From: Oscillospiraceae bacterium
GTDB taxonomy: Bacteria; Bacillota; Clostridia; Oscillospirales; Ruminococcaceae
Assembly: GCA_009777275.1 (NCBI GenBank)
Contig: WRME01000001.1
Span: forward strand, 1-43,576
Reading direction: 5' to 3'
DNA: 43,576 nucleotides
In this document: piece by piece, positions 9,743 to 17,538 of the stretch
Position numbering within the stretch: position 1 is the first letter of the stretch
Layout: every line of letters starts with the position of its first letter
Notes under the pieces: generated by a model
What the model saw: the letters and a program-made list of their open reading frames with translations, nothing else
The model's database searches: none
What the model was told of the DNA's origin: nothing
Made by a program: the position numbers and the translations under genes

Positions 9743-10676
9743 TTTGGCAGGAGTTGCAGCGATTGCCCCAAAGATCGGCGAATTTGCCGTCCTTATAGAA
9801 ACAGACCAGTTCGCAGTTGTTGGCGCAGTTGGTACATTCGGCGCCTCTGGTCTCAAACTCTGTGTCGATGATGTTAAAGTCAAAATCCTTGTTGCGGCTG
9901 CTCTTTCTGCTGAGGATTGCCGCCCCCAGAGCCCCCATCAGGTGCGAATTTTGGTCAACCAGTATCGATTCACCCGTGGCATCCTCAAACGCCTTTATAA
10001 CGCCGCTGTTTTTGCTGACCCCGCCCTGAAACACTATCGGAGCCTTTATCGGCTTGCCTTTGCCGACATTGTTGAGGTAGTTGGTCACCACCGCCATACA
10101 CAGTCCTGCGATTATGTCCTCCTTCTTGTGACCCGTCTGAGCCTTGTGAACGAGATCGGATTCGGCAAAGACGGTGCATCTTGCCGCTATTTTAGCGGGA
10201 TTTGCGGAAGAGGCGGCTATCTCGCCGAACTCAGATACATCATGCCCCAGCCGTTTTGCCTGAGAGGTCAAAAAGGAGCCTGTTCCGGCGGCACAGAGTG
10301 TGTTCATGGCATAATCGACCACTATGCCGTTGTCGATAATAATGATCTTAGAATCCTGCCCGCCTATTTCAAATATGGTCCTTGCTTGGGGGAATACCGA
10401 CAGAGTTCCGATAGCATGAGCGGTTATCTCGTTTTTGACGGCATCGGCATCGAGCATGGAGCCGATAAGTTTTCGCGCCGATCCCGTTGTTCCGACCGTG
10501 CGGATAGCGACATTGCCTGCCTGCCTGTGCAATTCGCTTATGGTATCCTTGACCGCGCGGATGGGATTGCCCTCGGTCCAAATATAATGCTCGGCTATGA
10601 TGCCGCTGTCGTCATCAATAATAACGCCCTTTGTAGAGATGGATCCGACATCGACCCCTAAATATCCTGTACACAC
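9711..10676 (-). CDS. BcrAD/BadFG (HgdC-like) ATPase, CoA-substrate-specific enzyme activase family, with C-terminal six-Cys tail
   Basis: ASKHA-type motifs YLGVDVGSISTKGV, IFEIGGQDSK, CAAGTGSF, FQGGVSKN. Extra C-terminal CX2CX3CX3C...CX2C (nt 9747-9836). 19-nt overlap with the upstream gene. The last ~10 codons (TPTAAAGVFS) are encoded by an H4 repeat half-module. Confidence 0.8.
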   Translation of the reverse strand: MCTGYLGVDVGSISTKGVIIDDDSGIIAEHYIWTEGNPIRAVKDTISELHRQAGNVAIRTVGTTGSARKLIGSMLDADAVKNEITAHAIGTLSVFPQARTIFEIGGQDSKIIIIDNGIVVDYAMNTLCAAGTGSFLTSQAKRLGHDVSEFGEIAASSANPAKIAARCTVFAESDLVHKAQTGHKKEDIIAGLCMAVVTNYLNNVGKGKPIKAPIVFQGGVSKNSGVIKAFEDATGESILVDQNSHLMGALGAAILSRKSSRNKDFDFNIIDTEFETRGAECTNCANNCELVCFYKDGKFADLWGNRCNSCQTPTAAAGVFS

Positions 10677-11725
10677 TTTTGCACCAATTCCTTTTCTTTC
10701 TTCATTATAAGCATATCGCTGAATGCCTCGAGCCGTGTCTTGACCCCTGTTTCCGAGGTCTGGGAATCAAAGCTGAAATACAATATCGGGATGTTGTAAT
10801 CTCTGCTGATGTTTTGGAGCATGGGGATAGCGTTTACCTCAGGTGTGCATCCGAACGGCTTGACGTGGATAATGCCGTCATACCCCTGCTCGGCATAGAG
10901 CCTGCTCCTTGCGACCGAATCCTTACCGTCGGCACCAATGTCATACTTTAGATAGCGTCCCGCTTCTCTGAGGGTCTTGTTGTAAAGACGGGACTTCTCA
11001 AAGAGCAGGAAGGTGACGTTCATAAATCTATTGACGGCCATTCTGTTTGCGGCAAGCTCTTTCTCGATAAAATAGTTGCTGAATGGCTCCATGCTTGTAT
11101 AGAGTTCCCCGACAATGCCGACCTTGAGACAGTCTGACGGCTTGTCGGTCCGCAGATTCGTAAATGCGTTTTTGTATCTTTTATAAAGACCGCCCAAGCT
11201 CTTAAAGTCACGAATGTTAGCAATCTCCGCCAAGAATCTCTCATGCAGACCCTCAAAACTCCCCGCAAAGACCTCGAATCCGATGTTTTCACGGATATAC
11301 AGCTCGATTATGTCGATTACCTTTATCATTCTCAGCACAAGCAGCAGACTGTAGACAAATCTGCCGAGCGAGAGTTTACAGCCCAGCTCATGGCACAGTT
11401 TGTATAGATTCAGTGGGTTTATACTGCCCTTCATCAGCTTGACAAACCTGAACTCATACCCCAGATCCCGCAGTATCTGCTCCTGAATCTCGGCGTAATA
11501 TCCGTAGCGGCATCCTCCGCCCGCCTGCAATAGCACATTGGCTCCGCATTCGAGAGTTTCGATATAATTGCCCAGATTGTATTTGAAAGGAACGCAGACA
11601 AATTCGGGACTGTGATTACTGCCGAGTTCCAGGGTCTTGCGGGTAATAGGCGGCGGCGTAATGACCTTGGAGCCGGGGAAAACCATCCTCAGCAAAGCGC
11701 TGACCGCAACATGATAGTTACCCAT
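10658..11725 (-). CDS. DUF2229-like activase-associated (acyl-CoA dehydratase-related) protein, subunit B
   Basis: Motifs SPEFVCVPFKYNLGNYIE and GGGCRYGYYAEIQEQILRDLGY; operonic with the activase. ATG 11725 has no SD. The in-frame upstream codons read IEKVFSFPH(M), which resembles the family N-terminus as I remember it, but contain no ATG/GTG/TTG. The start is therefore uncertain. Confidence 0.7.
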   Translation of the reverse strand: MGNYHVAVSALLRMVFPGSKVITPPPITRKTLELGSNHSPEFVCVPFKYNLGNYIETLECGANVLLQAGGGCRYGYYAEIQEQILRDLGYEFRFVKLMKGSINPLNLYKLCHELGCKLSLGRFVYSLLLVLRMIKVIDIIELYIRENIGFEVFAGSFEGLHERFLAEIANIRDFKSLGGLYKRYKNAFTNLRTDKPSDCLKVGIVGELYTSMEPFSNYFIEKELAANRMAVNRFMNVTFLLFEKSRLYNKTLREAGRYLKYDIGADGKDSVARSRLYAEQGYDGIIHVKPFGCTPEVNAIPMLQNISRDYNIPILYFSFDSQTSETGVKTRLEAFSDMLIMKKEKELVQKCVQDI

Positions 11726-11772
11726 ATGCGGAAAACTAAAAACCTTTTCTATAAAACCACCGCCCTCTAATT

Positions 11773-11881
11773 TTCTGCACTATACATTTTACATTGATTC
11801 TCATTCTGTTTCTTAATTCTGCATTCTGCACTATTACATACATTGATTCTCATTCTGCATTCTTAATTCTGCATTCTGCAT
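11773..11881. repeat. Tandem (~50 bp x2 plus a partial) GCAGAAT-type module between the two DUF2229-like genes
   Basis: Units 11781-11831 and 11832-11881 (tat[at]aca..cattgattctcattctg..tcttaattctgcattctgca). Related to the reverse complement of 26880-26909. Confidence 0.75.
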
Positions 11882-12772
11882 TGTTATGATTTCCATAAAA
11901 CTCTCAAGCCTTGTTTGGAGTCCGGTGCCGCTGTTCAGTTCATCGAGGACTATGTTGATGATAGGAATGTCTCTGATTTTTCTTATGAGAAGTTCGTTCA
12001 CCAGCGAATCGGGACCGCAGGGAAAGGCGGAAAGCAGGATTATTCCATCCACCCTATCTTTAAAAATCCCGACCGCTCCCACCAATTCCTTGTTATACAA
12101 CCAGTAGAGTGAATCGGATATTCTGCCTGAGCTTTTGGCACAGAGCTTTTTGTCGGCGGCATCGGCGCAGACGGGAATCCCGCCCATGCTTTTTATAGCG
12201 GATATGACAGGCTGTCCCAACATTCTGTCGTGTGTGTTGTAGTTATGCGCCACTATCAGTATCTTGGGTTTGCCGCTCTGCTCCATCTCTTGCTGCTGCC
12301 GATGTGACGACATTCGCGCTTGTTCGGCAGAGAATCGTTTAGCCTTTATAAACGCAGACAGCGATTGCGGGGTTTTTTTGCCGATCATTCTTCCCATGCT
12401 CAGGAACCCTTTCAGCTCGCCTGCACCTCGAATAGCATCGATGTTATAATCGATAAGTTCCGCCTGCTCAAAGGTGTTTCTGACAATATCATAAAGAGCG
12501 TTGAATTTCACACAGACCTGATTATCCCTGCCATAGTTGTCGATACGGGGGACGAGTATATAGTCGCATTTGCCGATAAGCGAGTAGACATGACCCATAT
12601 AGATTTTTGCGGGCAGACAGCACTCGTCTATAGAATACTTGATGCCATCGTCCATGATTTTCTTGTTGGTCTCTCCGCTTATAGTTATATCACAGCCAAG
12701 CTCGCAGAAAAACCTTTCCCACAATTCGCCGTAACGATAATACAGCAACGCCCGCGGCAATCCTATTGTCAT
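11834..12772 (-). CDS. DUF2229-like activase-associated protein, subunit A
   Basis: N-terminus MTIGLPRALLYYRYGELWERFFCELG...DECCLPAKIYMGHV. The last 15 codons (MQNAELRMQNENQCM) and the stop lie inside the GCAGAAT-type repeat module. Confidence 0.7.
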   Translation of the reverse strand: MTIGLPRALLYYRYGELWERFFCELGCDITISGETNKKIMDDGIKYSIDECCLPAKIYMGHVYSLIGKCDYILVPRIDNYGRDNQVCVKFNALYDIVRNTFEQAELIDYNIDAIRGAGELKGFLSMGRMIGKKTPQSLSAFIKAKRFSAEQARMSSHRQQQEMEQSGKPKILIVAHNYNTHDRMLGQPVISAIKSMGGIPVCADAADKKLCAKSSGRISDSLYWLYNKELVGAVGIFKDRVDGIILLSAFPCGPDSLVNELLIRKIRDIPIINIVLDELNSGTGLQTRLESFMEIITMQNAELRMQNENQCM

Positions 12773-12866
12773 TATTCCAGCCCGCTTTTCACAGTTATTT
12801 CAACTGTTATTATGAACGCATATTGTATGAAATATGCAAACATTAAAACAATACCTCTTAGTCTCC

Positions 12867-13200
12867 GAAACGCCCTCTCAGTCGGCGTTGCCGCCGACAG
12901 CTCTCCCAAAGGGAGAGCCAAGGTGACACACCCACAGGGTTTGCGATAACCCCGAAAAAACACCCGCCGCTGCGGCGGCACCCTCTTTACGAAAGAGGGC
13001 AGGGGCTTGAAATTTCAATCCTGTAGGGTATGCACCCCTGTGCATACCGTCCTTAATAAACATTTCGTGGTTTTTATGTATTTCGTGGTTACAATAATTG
13101 TCAATTGTACATTGTCAACTGTCAATTGTAGTGGTAGGGGCGGCAATCTGCCGCCCGTGGTTATTGCGGATTGCTATAAAAAAAACAAATGCGGTCCGTG
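12867..13200. repeat. Mosaic repeat locus (334 bp) upstream of the activase operon and hicAB
   Basis: Order: H9 12867-12891; H8 12901-12917; H4 12955-12983; H5 12981-12999; cttgaaatttcaatcc 13006-13021; H1 13022-13050; CACGAAA repeat 13051-13090; heptamer array 13096-13130; H2 13133-13165; attgcggatt plus a TIR-like aaaaaacaaatgcggtccgtg ending at 13200. Confidence 0.85.
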
Positions 13201-13204
13201 ATGC

Positions 13205-13233
13205 TTGACATTTAGTACCGTATATGGTACTAT
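13205..13233 (+). promoter_or_regulatory. hicAB promoter with embedded palindromic operator
   Basis: TTGACA 13205-13210, 17-nt spacer, TGgTACTAT with -10 at 13228-13233. Palindrome AGTACC-gtatat-GGTACT at 13214-13231 overlaps the spacer and -10. Confidence 0.45.
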
Positions 13234-13252
13234 AATAATAGGAGGTGAAAAA

Positions 13253-13477
13253 ATGGCAGGATTTGAAAAGACAATGGATAAGATGAAACGTCAACCTCAT
13301 GGCATAAGCTATGAAGAAGCGGCAAAGGTTTTAGAGCATTTTGGATATAAGTTTTTGCGGCAAAAAGGTTCACATTGTCATTTCAGGCATTTGTGCGGTG
13401 ATTTAATTACGATTAAAAAAGAAACACCGACCATAAAAAAATGCTATGTTGTTGATATTCTATCAAAAATAGAATAG
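13253..13477 (+). CDS. hicA: HicA-family mRNA interferase toxin
   Basis: AGGAGG at 13240-13245, then 7 nt, then ATG 13253. ~74 aa with FLRQKGSHCHF (HicA G-S-H core). Followed 17 nt later by a HicB-like gene. Confidence 0.75.
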   Translation: MAGFEKTMDKMKRQPHGISYEEAAKVLEHFGYKFLRQKGSHCHFRHLCGDLITIKKETPTIKKCYVVDILSKIE

Positions 13478-13493
13478 CATTCCTGCTTATATT

Positions 13494-13847
13494 ATGGATA
13501 AAAAGAACATTGATTATTATATGAATTTGCCTTATAATATAACTATGCAAGAAATACATGATGAGAGCGGAGATTATTTTTATGCACGAGTTTTAGAGCT
13601 TGATGGATGTCAAAGCCACGGCAATACCATTGACGAGACTTATGAGAATATCCGTGAAGCGATGGAGGGATGGATTGAGATTAAACTCGAATATGGTGAT
13701 GAAATCCCTGTGCCTATATCTAATAATGCCTTTAGCGGTAGATTCAATCTGCGTATACCGAAAAGTCTGCACAGCAGGTTGGTTATAGAGGCTCAAACTG
13801 AAGGAGTGTCACTCAATCAATACGCACTCTATAAACTTGCAAATTAA
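13494..13847 (+). CDS. hicB: HicB-family antitoxin with C-terminal ribbon-helix-helix
   Basis: N-terminal HicB fold pattern (YFYARVLELDGCQSHGNTIDETYENIREAM). C-terminal FSGRFNLRIPKSLHSRLVIEAQTEGVSLNQYALYKL is an RHH-type DNA-binding tail. Confidence 0.8.
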   Translation: MDKKNIDYYMNLPYNITMQEIHDESGDYFYARVLELDGCQSHGNTIDETYENIREAMEGWIEIKLEYGDEIPVPISNNAFSGRFNLRIPKSLHSRLVIEAQTEGVSLNQYALYKLAN

Positions 13848-13850
13848 CTA

Positions 13851-13882
13851 AAAAACACCCATCTCACCGATGGGTGTTTTTT
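13851..13882. terminator. Bidirectional terminator between hicB (+) and spoVT (-)
   Basis: A5, ACACCCATC, loop tcacc, GATGGGTGT, T6. The 9-bp stem is flanked by an A-run and a T-run. Confidence 0.75.
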
Positions 13883-13925
13883 ACACTCGTATTAATGTTA
13901 TGTGAAATTTCACTAACCTATATTC

Positions 13926-14468
13926 CTATTCTTCCATCTGTTTGCCGATAAACAACGCTGCGGCCTGAACCAGCTTAACCTGAGTATCGTTGGCGGTGTT
14001 CTTGTCATCAGACGACAGGAACATTATAACACCGATAGCATCGCCGCTTGATACGATAGGTACGCAGACAAGAGCGTGCTTGTCAACGCCCTCTATAGGA
14101 CGGATAGTTCTTTCCGATTTTTCGCTGTAAATATAGGTCTTGCGTGATTCCATGATTTCGTCAAGAGAGGGCGACACACGGCGCTCTAAAATCTCTTTTT
14201 TGGGAAGTCCGGCGACTGCAACCACATGGTCTTTGTCGCAGACAACGGCAGGAAGATCTCCCGTCTTGTTCAGAACCTCGACATATTGCGATGCAAAGGT
14301 TGAAATTTCTCCTATCGGAGAATACTTCTTGAAGATAACCTCACCCTCGTTATCGGTGTAAATCTCGAGAGGGTCTCCTTCGCGTATTCTGAGAGTTCTT
14401 CTGATTTCTTTGGGGATCACTACACGCCCGAGGTCATCGATTCTTCTTACTATTCCTGTTGCTTTCAT
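13926..14468 (-). CDS. spoVT: Stage V sporulation transcription regulator SpoVT (AbrB/SpoVT N-domain + GAF-like C-domain)
   Basis: MKATGIVRRIDDLGRVVIPKEIRRTLRIREGDPLEIY is near-identical to the B. subtilis SpoVT N-terminus as I recall it. GGAGA SD lies 8 nt before ATG 14468; the ORF-track start at 14483 lacks proper spacing. Confidence 0.9.
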   Translation of the reverse strand: MKATGIVRRIDDLGRVVIPKEIRRTLRIREGDPLEIYTDNEGEVIFKKYSPIGEISTFASQYVEVLNKTGDLPAVVCDKDHVVAVAGLPKKEILERRVSPSLDEIMESRKTYIYSEKSERTIRPIEGVDKHALVCVPIVSSGDAIGVIMFLSSDDKNTANDTQVKLVQAAALFIGKQMEE

Positions 14469-14755
14469 ATTCTTGTTCTCCATTTCCTTTTTAAATAATA
14501 TTATATAAAAATTTGAAAAATATTTATTTACTTAACTGTTATTATTTGTAATATATCAAGGTTTATTCCAACCGGATTTTAAAAAATATAATTACTATAA
14601 TAATGCTACATATTCATTCCAAACATTTACATACATATTATAAAAGATATTTCGCCATATATCAAGAGGTAAATAATGGGAAATAATTTTTACTTGATTT
14701 ATAATATAAATATGATATAATAATATAAATAAGTATAAACAAGGTGGTATGCGTT

Positions 14756-15859
14756 TTGAAAAAAAGCAGTATAGTGATATATGTTATTTCGTTCTTATTA
14801 TTAGCGGGAGCAGGGGTTTTATTTATTTTCAGAGAAAACTTAGCTCAGCTTATCGAGATTCAGGTGGCACCTCCTGTAACCAACACCGACGGGTTTTTTA
14901 TGGATACCTTTATAACACAGTCGGTACACAGCGATGATGAAGAGATTCGCAGCCAAGTCAGCACTCAGATAACCGACATGATCGCAGATGTAGAATCAAA
15001 GACATCTATGTATATTCAAGATTCTGATATATACAAGATCAACAAGGCTCCGTGGGGCGGACTTCTCGGAAGCCACACGCAGGTAAGCCAGTTCACATTC
15101 GATCTGCTCAAGGATGCCCGGCATTGGGGGCTGAAGTGGGGCGGCGGAGGTTATTTCGATGTTACCATCGGAGCTCTTACCGAGGTATGGAACTTTGACC
15201 CGCTAAATCCCAAGATTCCGCCGCAGAGTGAGGCGGAACGTCTGAAAAACCATGTTAATTGCACATTTATGCACCTCACCGATGAAGCCAACAGAATCGT
15301 GAATATGCGCGACCCGTTTGCCAGGATTGATTTAGGCGGGATTGCCAAAGGTCATGCTGCGGGTCTTGCTCTGGAGATATACAAAAACAGCGATATTAAG
15401 GGAGCGTTGCTGAGTATAGGCGGGAGCAGTATCGCAACATACGGAACAAAACAGGACGGTATGTTCTACGAAATAGGCATAAGAGACCCGGACGGAGACA
15501 ACGCCGATGATTTGATAGGATACTACAACGGCATAAACACGACCATCTCAACGGCAGGCGCATACGAGAGATATTTTGAGCAGGACGGCAGGATATACCA
15601 CCACATACTCGACCCGCACACAGGCTATCCCGCAGAGAGCGACCTCAAGTCTGTCACGGTCATTTCCGAGAACGGAGCCCTTGCCGATGCCTATGCAACC
15701 TATCTCTTTATAAGAGGATCGGAGTATATAAAGTCGGTCATAGCCGATCCCTATGAGGATGCGGGGATTATCGCCATAGACAAAAACAACAATGTATATG
15801 TCAGCGAAGATGTACTCGACAGCTTTACCCTTACCTCAAATAGATATAAGATAGTATGA
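14756..15859 (+). CDS. apbE: FAD:protein FMN transferase (ApbE family), membrane-anchored
   Basis: IDLGGIAKGHAAG and HHILDPHTGYP ApbE motifs. AAGGTGG SD at 14741-14747 fits TTG 14756; GTG 14744 is the alternative. N-terminal hydrophobic anchor. Confidence 0.8.
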   Translation: MKKSSIVIYVISFLLLAGAGVLFIFRENLAQLIEIQVAPPVTNTDGFFMDTFITQSVHSDDEEIRSQVSTQITDMIADVESKTSMYIQDSDIYKINKAPWGGLLGSHTQVSQFTFDLLKDARHWGLKWGGGGYFDVTIGALTEVWNFDPLNPKIPPQSEAERLKNHVNCTFMHLTDEANRIVNMRDPFARIDLGGIAKGHAAGLALEIYKNSDIKGALLSIGGSSIATYGTKQDGMFYEIGIRDPDGDNADDLIGYYNGINTTISTAGAYERYFEQDGRIYHHILDPHTGYPAESDLKSVTVISENGALADAYATYLFIRGSEYIKSVIADPYEDAGIIAIDKNNNVYVSEDVLDSFTLTSNRYKIV

Positions 15860-16194
15860 GAAGATTTGCAGGAAGGATAGATTTGCTGATAATATCGGTC
15901 TTGTTGGCGGCCTGCTCTGTCTGGATATTTATAAGCGAACTGCCCGCAAGCGATGATATTGTCGCACAGATAAAACAGGGGAACGAGATACTGATCGAGA
16001 TAAATCTCAGCCAAAACAGATCGGACGAGGTTATCATTCTCAGCGACCATGTCAAGGTAAAGATAGAGGGCGGCTCTATAGGATTTGCAGATGTCGATTG
16101 TCCCGACAAACTTTGCGAAAGGACGGGTATGCTTTCTCGCAGGGGCAGCAGGGCGGTATGCCTGCCTAACAGAATGGCCATTGTGATAATATGA
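15856..16194 (+). CDS. NusG domain II-like small membrane-anchored protein
   Basis: ATGA overlap with apbE. N-terminal TM (IDLLIISVLLAACSVWIF). C-terminal CPDKLC motif. Its position between apbE and the Gx-transporter gene matches the gene trio as I remember it. Confidence 0.5.
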   Translation: MRRFAGRIDLLIISVLLAACSVWIFISELPASDDIVAQIKQGNEILIEINLSQNRSDEVIILSDHVKVKIEGGSIGFADVDCPDKLCERTGMLSRRGSRAVCLPNRMAIVII

Positions 16195-16715
16195 AGATAA
16201 AAAATATAACCGCAAACGGTATTTTGCTGGCACTGGCGCTGGCCTTGTCATTTTTGGAGAGCTTTATCCCGCCGATACCATTCCTGCCGCCAAATGCCAA
16301 GATGGGTCTTGCCAACGTAGTTGTTATGTACTCTGTATTCTTTGCAGGGTACCCATCGGCTCTGAATGTCACCCTCCTAAAGGCACTCTTTGTGCTGATC
16401 ACAAGAGGGGCGGCGGCAGGACTGCTCAGCCTTTCGGGAGGGCTTATGTCGCTGGCTGTCATCATATTGATCAAGATAGCGGCAGGGGACAGGGCTACAT
16501 ATATCACCATAAGCATCAGCGGGGCCATTGCCCATAACATGGGGCAGATATTTGCGGCATCGCTGCTGATGGGTTCGTTTGCGGCTGTGGGATACCTGCC
16601 GTTTTCGGTAATAACGGGAATAGTTTTCGGCATCTTAACCGGAGGCGTGTTAAGAGCGGCAATTCCGGCCATGAGGAGATTAGAGAATAATGACCATACG
16701 CAAGGCAACGGTTAA
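16191..16715 (+). CDS. Gx transporter family / heptaprenyl-diphosphate-synthase-component-I-like membrane protein
   Basis: ATGA overlap with the upstream gene. 174 aa with ~5 hydrophobic segments. Family assignment is from memory of the neighbourhood and composition. Confidence 0.55.
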   Translation: MKIKNITANGILLALALALSFLESFIPPIPFLPPNAKMGLANVVVMYSVFFAGYPSALNVTLLKALFVLITRGAAAGLLSLSGGLMSLAVIILIKIAAGDRATYITISISGAIAHNMGQIFAASLLMGSFAAVGYLPFSVITGIVFGILTGGVLRAAIPAMRRLENNDHTQGNG

Positions 16716-17145
16716 AGACCTAAAGTCGATAAAAGAACTATATTGGGAGCTGGATTCGGTAGCGATAAATCTCAAACCGGAGGATTTTAAGCATAAAGAA
16801 CGCTCCGACGAACATCTTATAGAGATAATCAACAGCGACAAGTCGGATTTTCTTGTAGCTATGATCTCTAAAAAGGTTGCGGGATTCTCGCTGATATACG
16901 AGCGTGAGCTTGACAGCGACAAAAACCCGCACAAATATGCCTATATCCAAGATTTTGTGGTCAAGAAGGAATATCGCAGGAGGGGTGTAGGAGCAAGGCT
17001 CATGGATGTCTCTAAGGTTTGGGCAAAAAACCGCAACGCTCTCGAACTAAGGCTGTCTATCATGCCCGAAAACGAAAACGCCCGCCGATTCTATACCAAA
17101 CACGGACTTATCATGCAAACGGTCATAATGGAATGTAATCTGTGA
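16690..17145 (+). CDS. GNAT family N-acetyltransferase
   Basis: VVKKEYRRRGVGARLM (acetyl-CoA binding R/Q-x-x-G-x-G/A motif), ~150 aa. Confidence 0.8.
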   Translation: MTIRKATVKDLKSIKELYWELDSVAINLKPEDFKHKERSDEHLIEIINSDKSDFLVAMISKKVAGFSLIYERELDSDKNPHKYAYIQDFVVKKEYRRRGVGARLMDVSKVWAKNRNALELRLSIMPENENARRFYTKHGLIMQTVIMECNL

Positions 17146-17179
17146 GTAATATTTTTACGTTTTTGTGAATAAAATAATT

Positions 17180-17209
17180 TGTAGGGTACGCAACCCTGTG
17201 CGTACCGTG
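17180..17209. repeat. Solo H1 module (GTAG-GGTACGCA...TGCGTACC-GTG) between the GNAT gene and yabP
   Basis: tgtagggtacgcaaccctgtgcgtaccgtg. Same module as at 9381, 13022, 26962(rc), 31875(rc) and 37475. Confidence 0.8.
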
Positions 17210-17246
17210 TCCATCGCAGGATTGCACACGAAAGGCATGAGATAGT

Positions 17247-17528
17247 ATGAACGGGGAGAAAAGAGCGGCAAAACAGCCGCATAATATAATACTTGAGGGA
17301 CGGAAGAGCATGACCGTTTCGGGGGTTGTCGATATAGACTGCTTTGACGAGCAGGAAGTAACCGCTCTTACCGATCTCGGCAATCTTGTCATCAAAGGCA
17401 CAGAGATTCACATAAATTCGCTGAGTCTTGAGACGGGCGACCTGGCTCTGTCGGGTCATATAAACTCCATTGTCTACACAAATGCGGGTAAAAAAGAGGG
17501 CGGCTTCTTAAAACGTATATTTAAGTAG
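17247..17528 (+). CDS. yabP: Sporulation protein YabP
   Basis: NIILEGRKSMTVSGVVDIDCFDEQEVTALTDLGNLVIKGTEIHINSLSLETGDLALSGHINSIVY is the YabP pattern. Conserved yabP-yabQ-divIC-yabR order. Confidence 0.8.
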   Translation: MNGEKRAAKQPHNIILEGRKSMTVSGVVDIDCFDEQEVTALTDLGNLVIKGTEIHINSLSLETGDLALSGHINSIVYTNAGKKEGGFLKRIFK

Positions 17529-17538
17529 GGGGCGGAGC

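Noticed and set aside
9309-10661. 450-aa plus-strand ORF, the second-longest in the track
   Set aside because: It runs antisense to the activase gene, which has clear ASKHA motifs. It starts inside repeat locus 9260-9483. Its translation is low-complexity and Arg/Cys/Leu-rich with no motif. It is a shadow ORF.
12772-13201. ORFs of 60-100 aa lying in the repeat mosaics: 12772-12981, 12878-13063 and 13007-13201, plus 26907-27137, 31792-32040, 32129-32419, the start of 37377-37784, and 43373-43561
   Set aside because: They are translations of the repeat modules. The same peptide strings (GGAYPT, MTGWS, RRCGG) recur wherever a module recurs, in both orientations. None has an SD, and each is interrupted differently at each locus.
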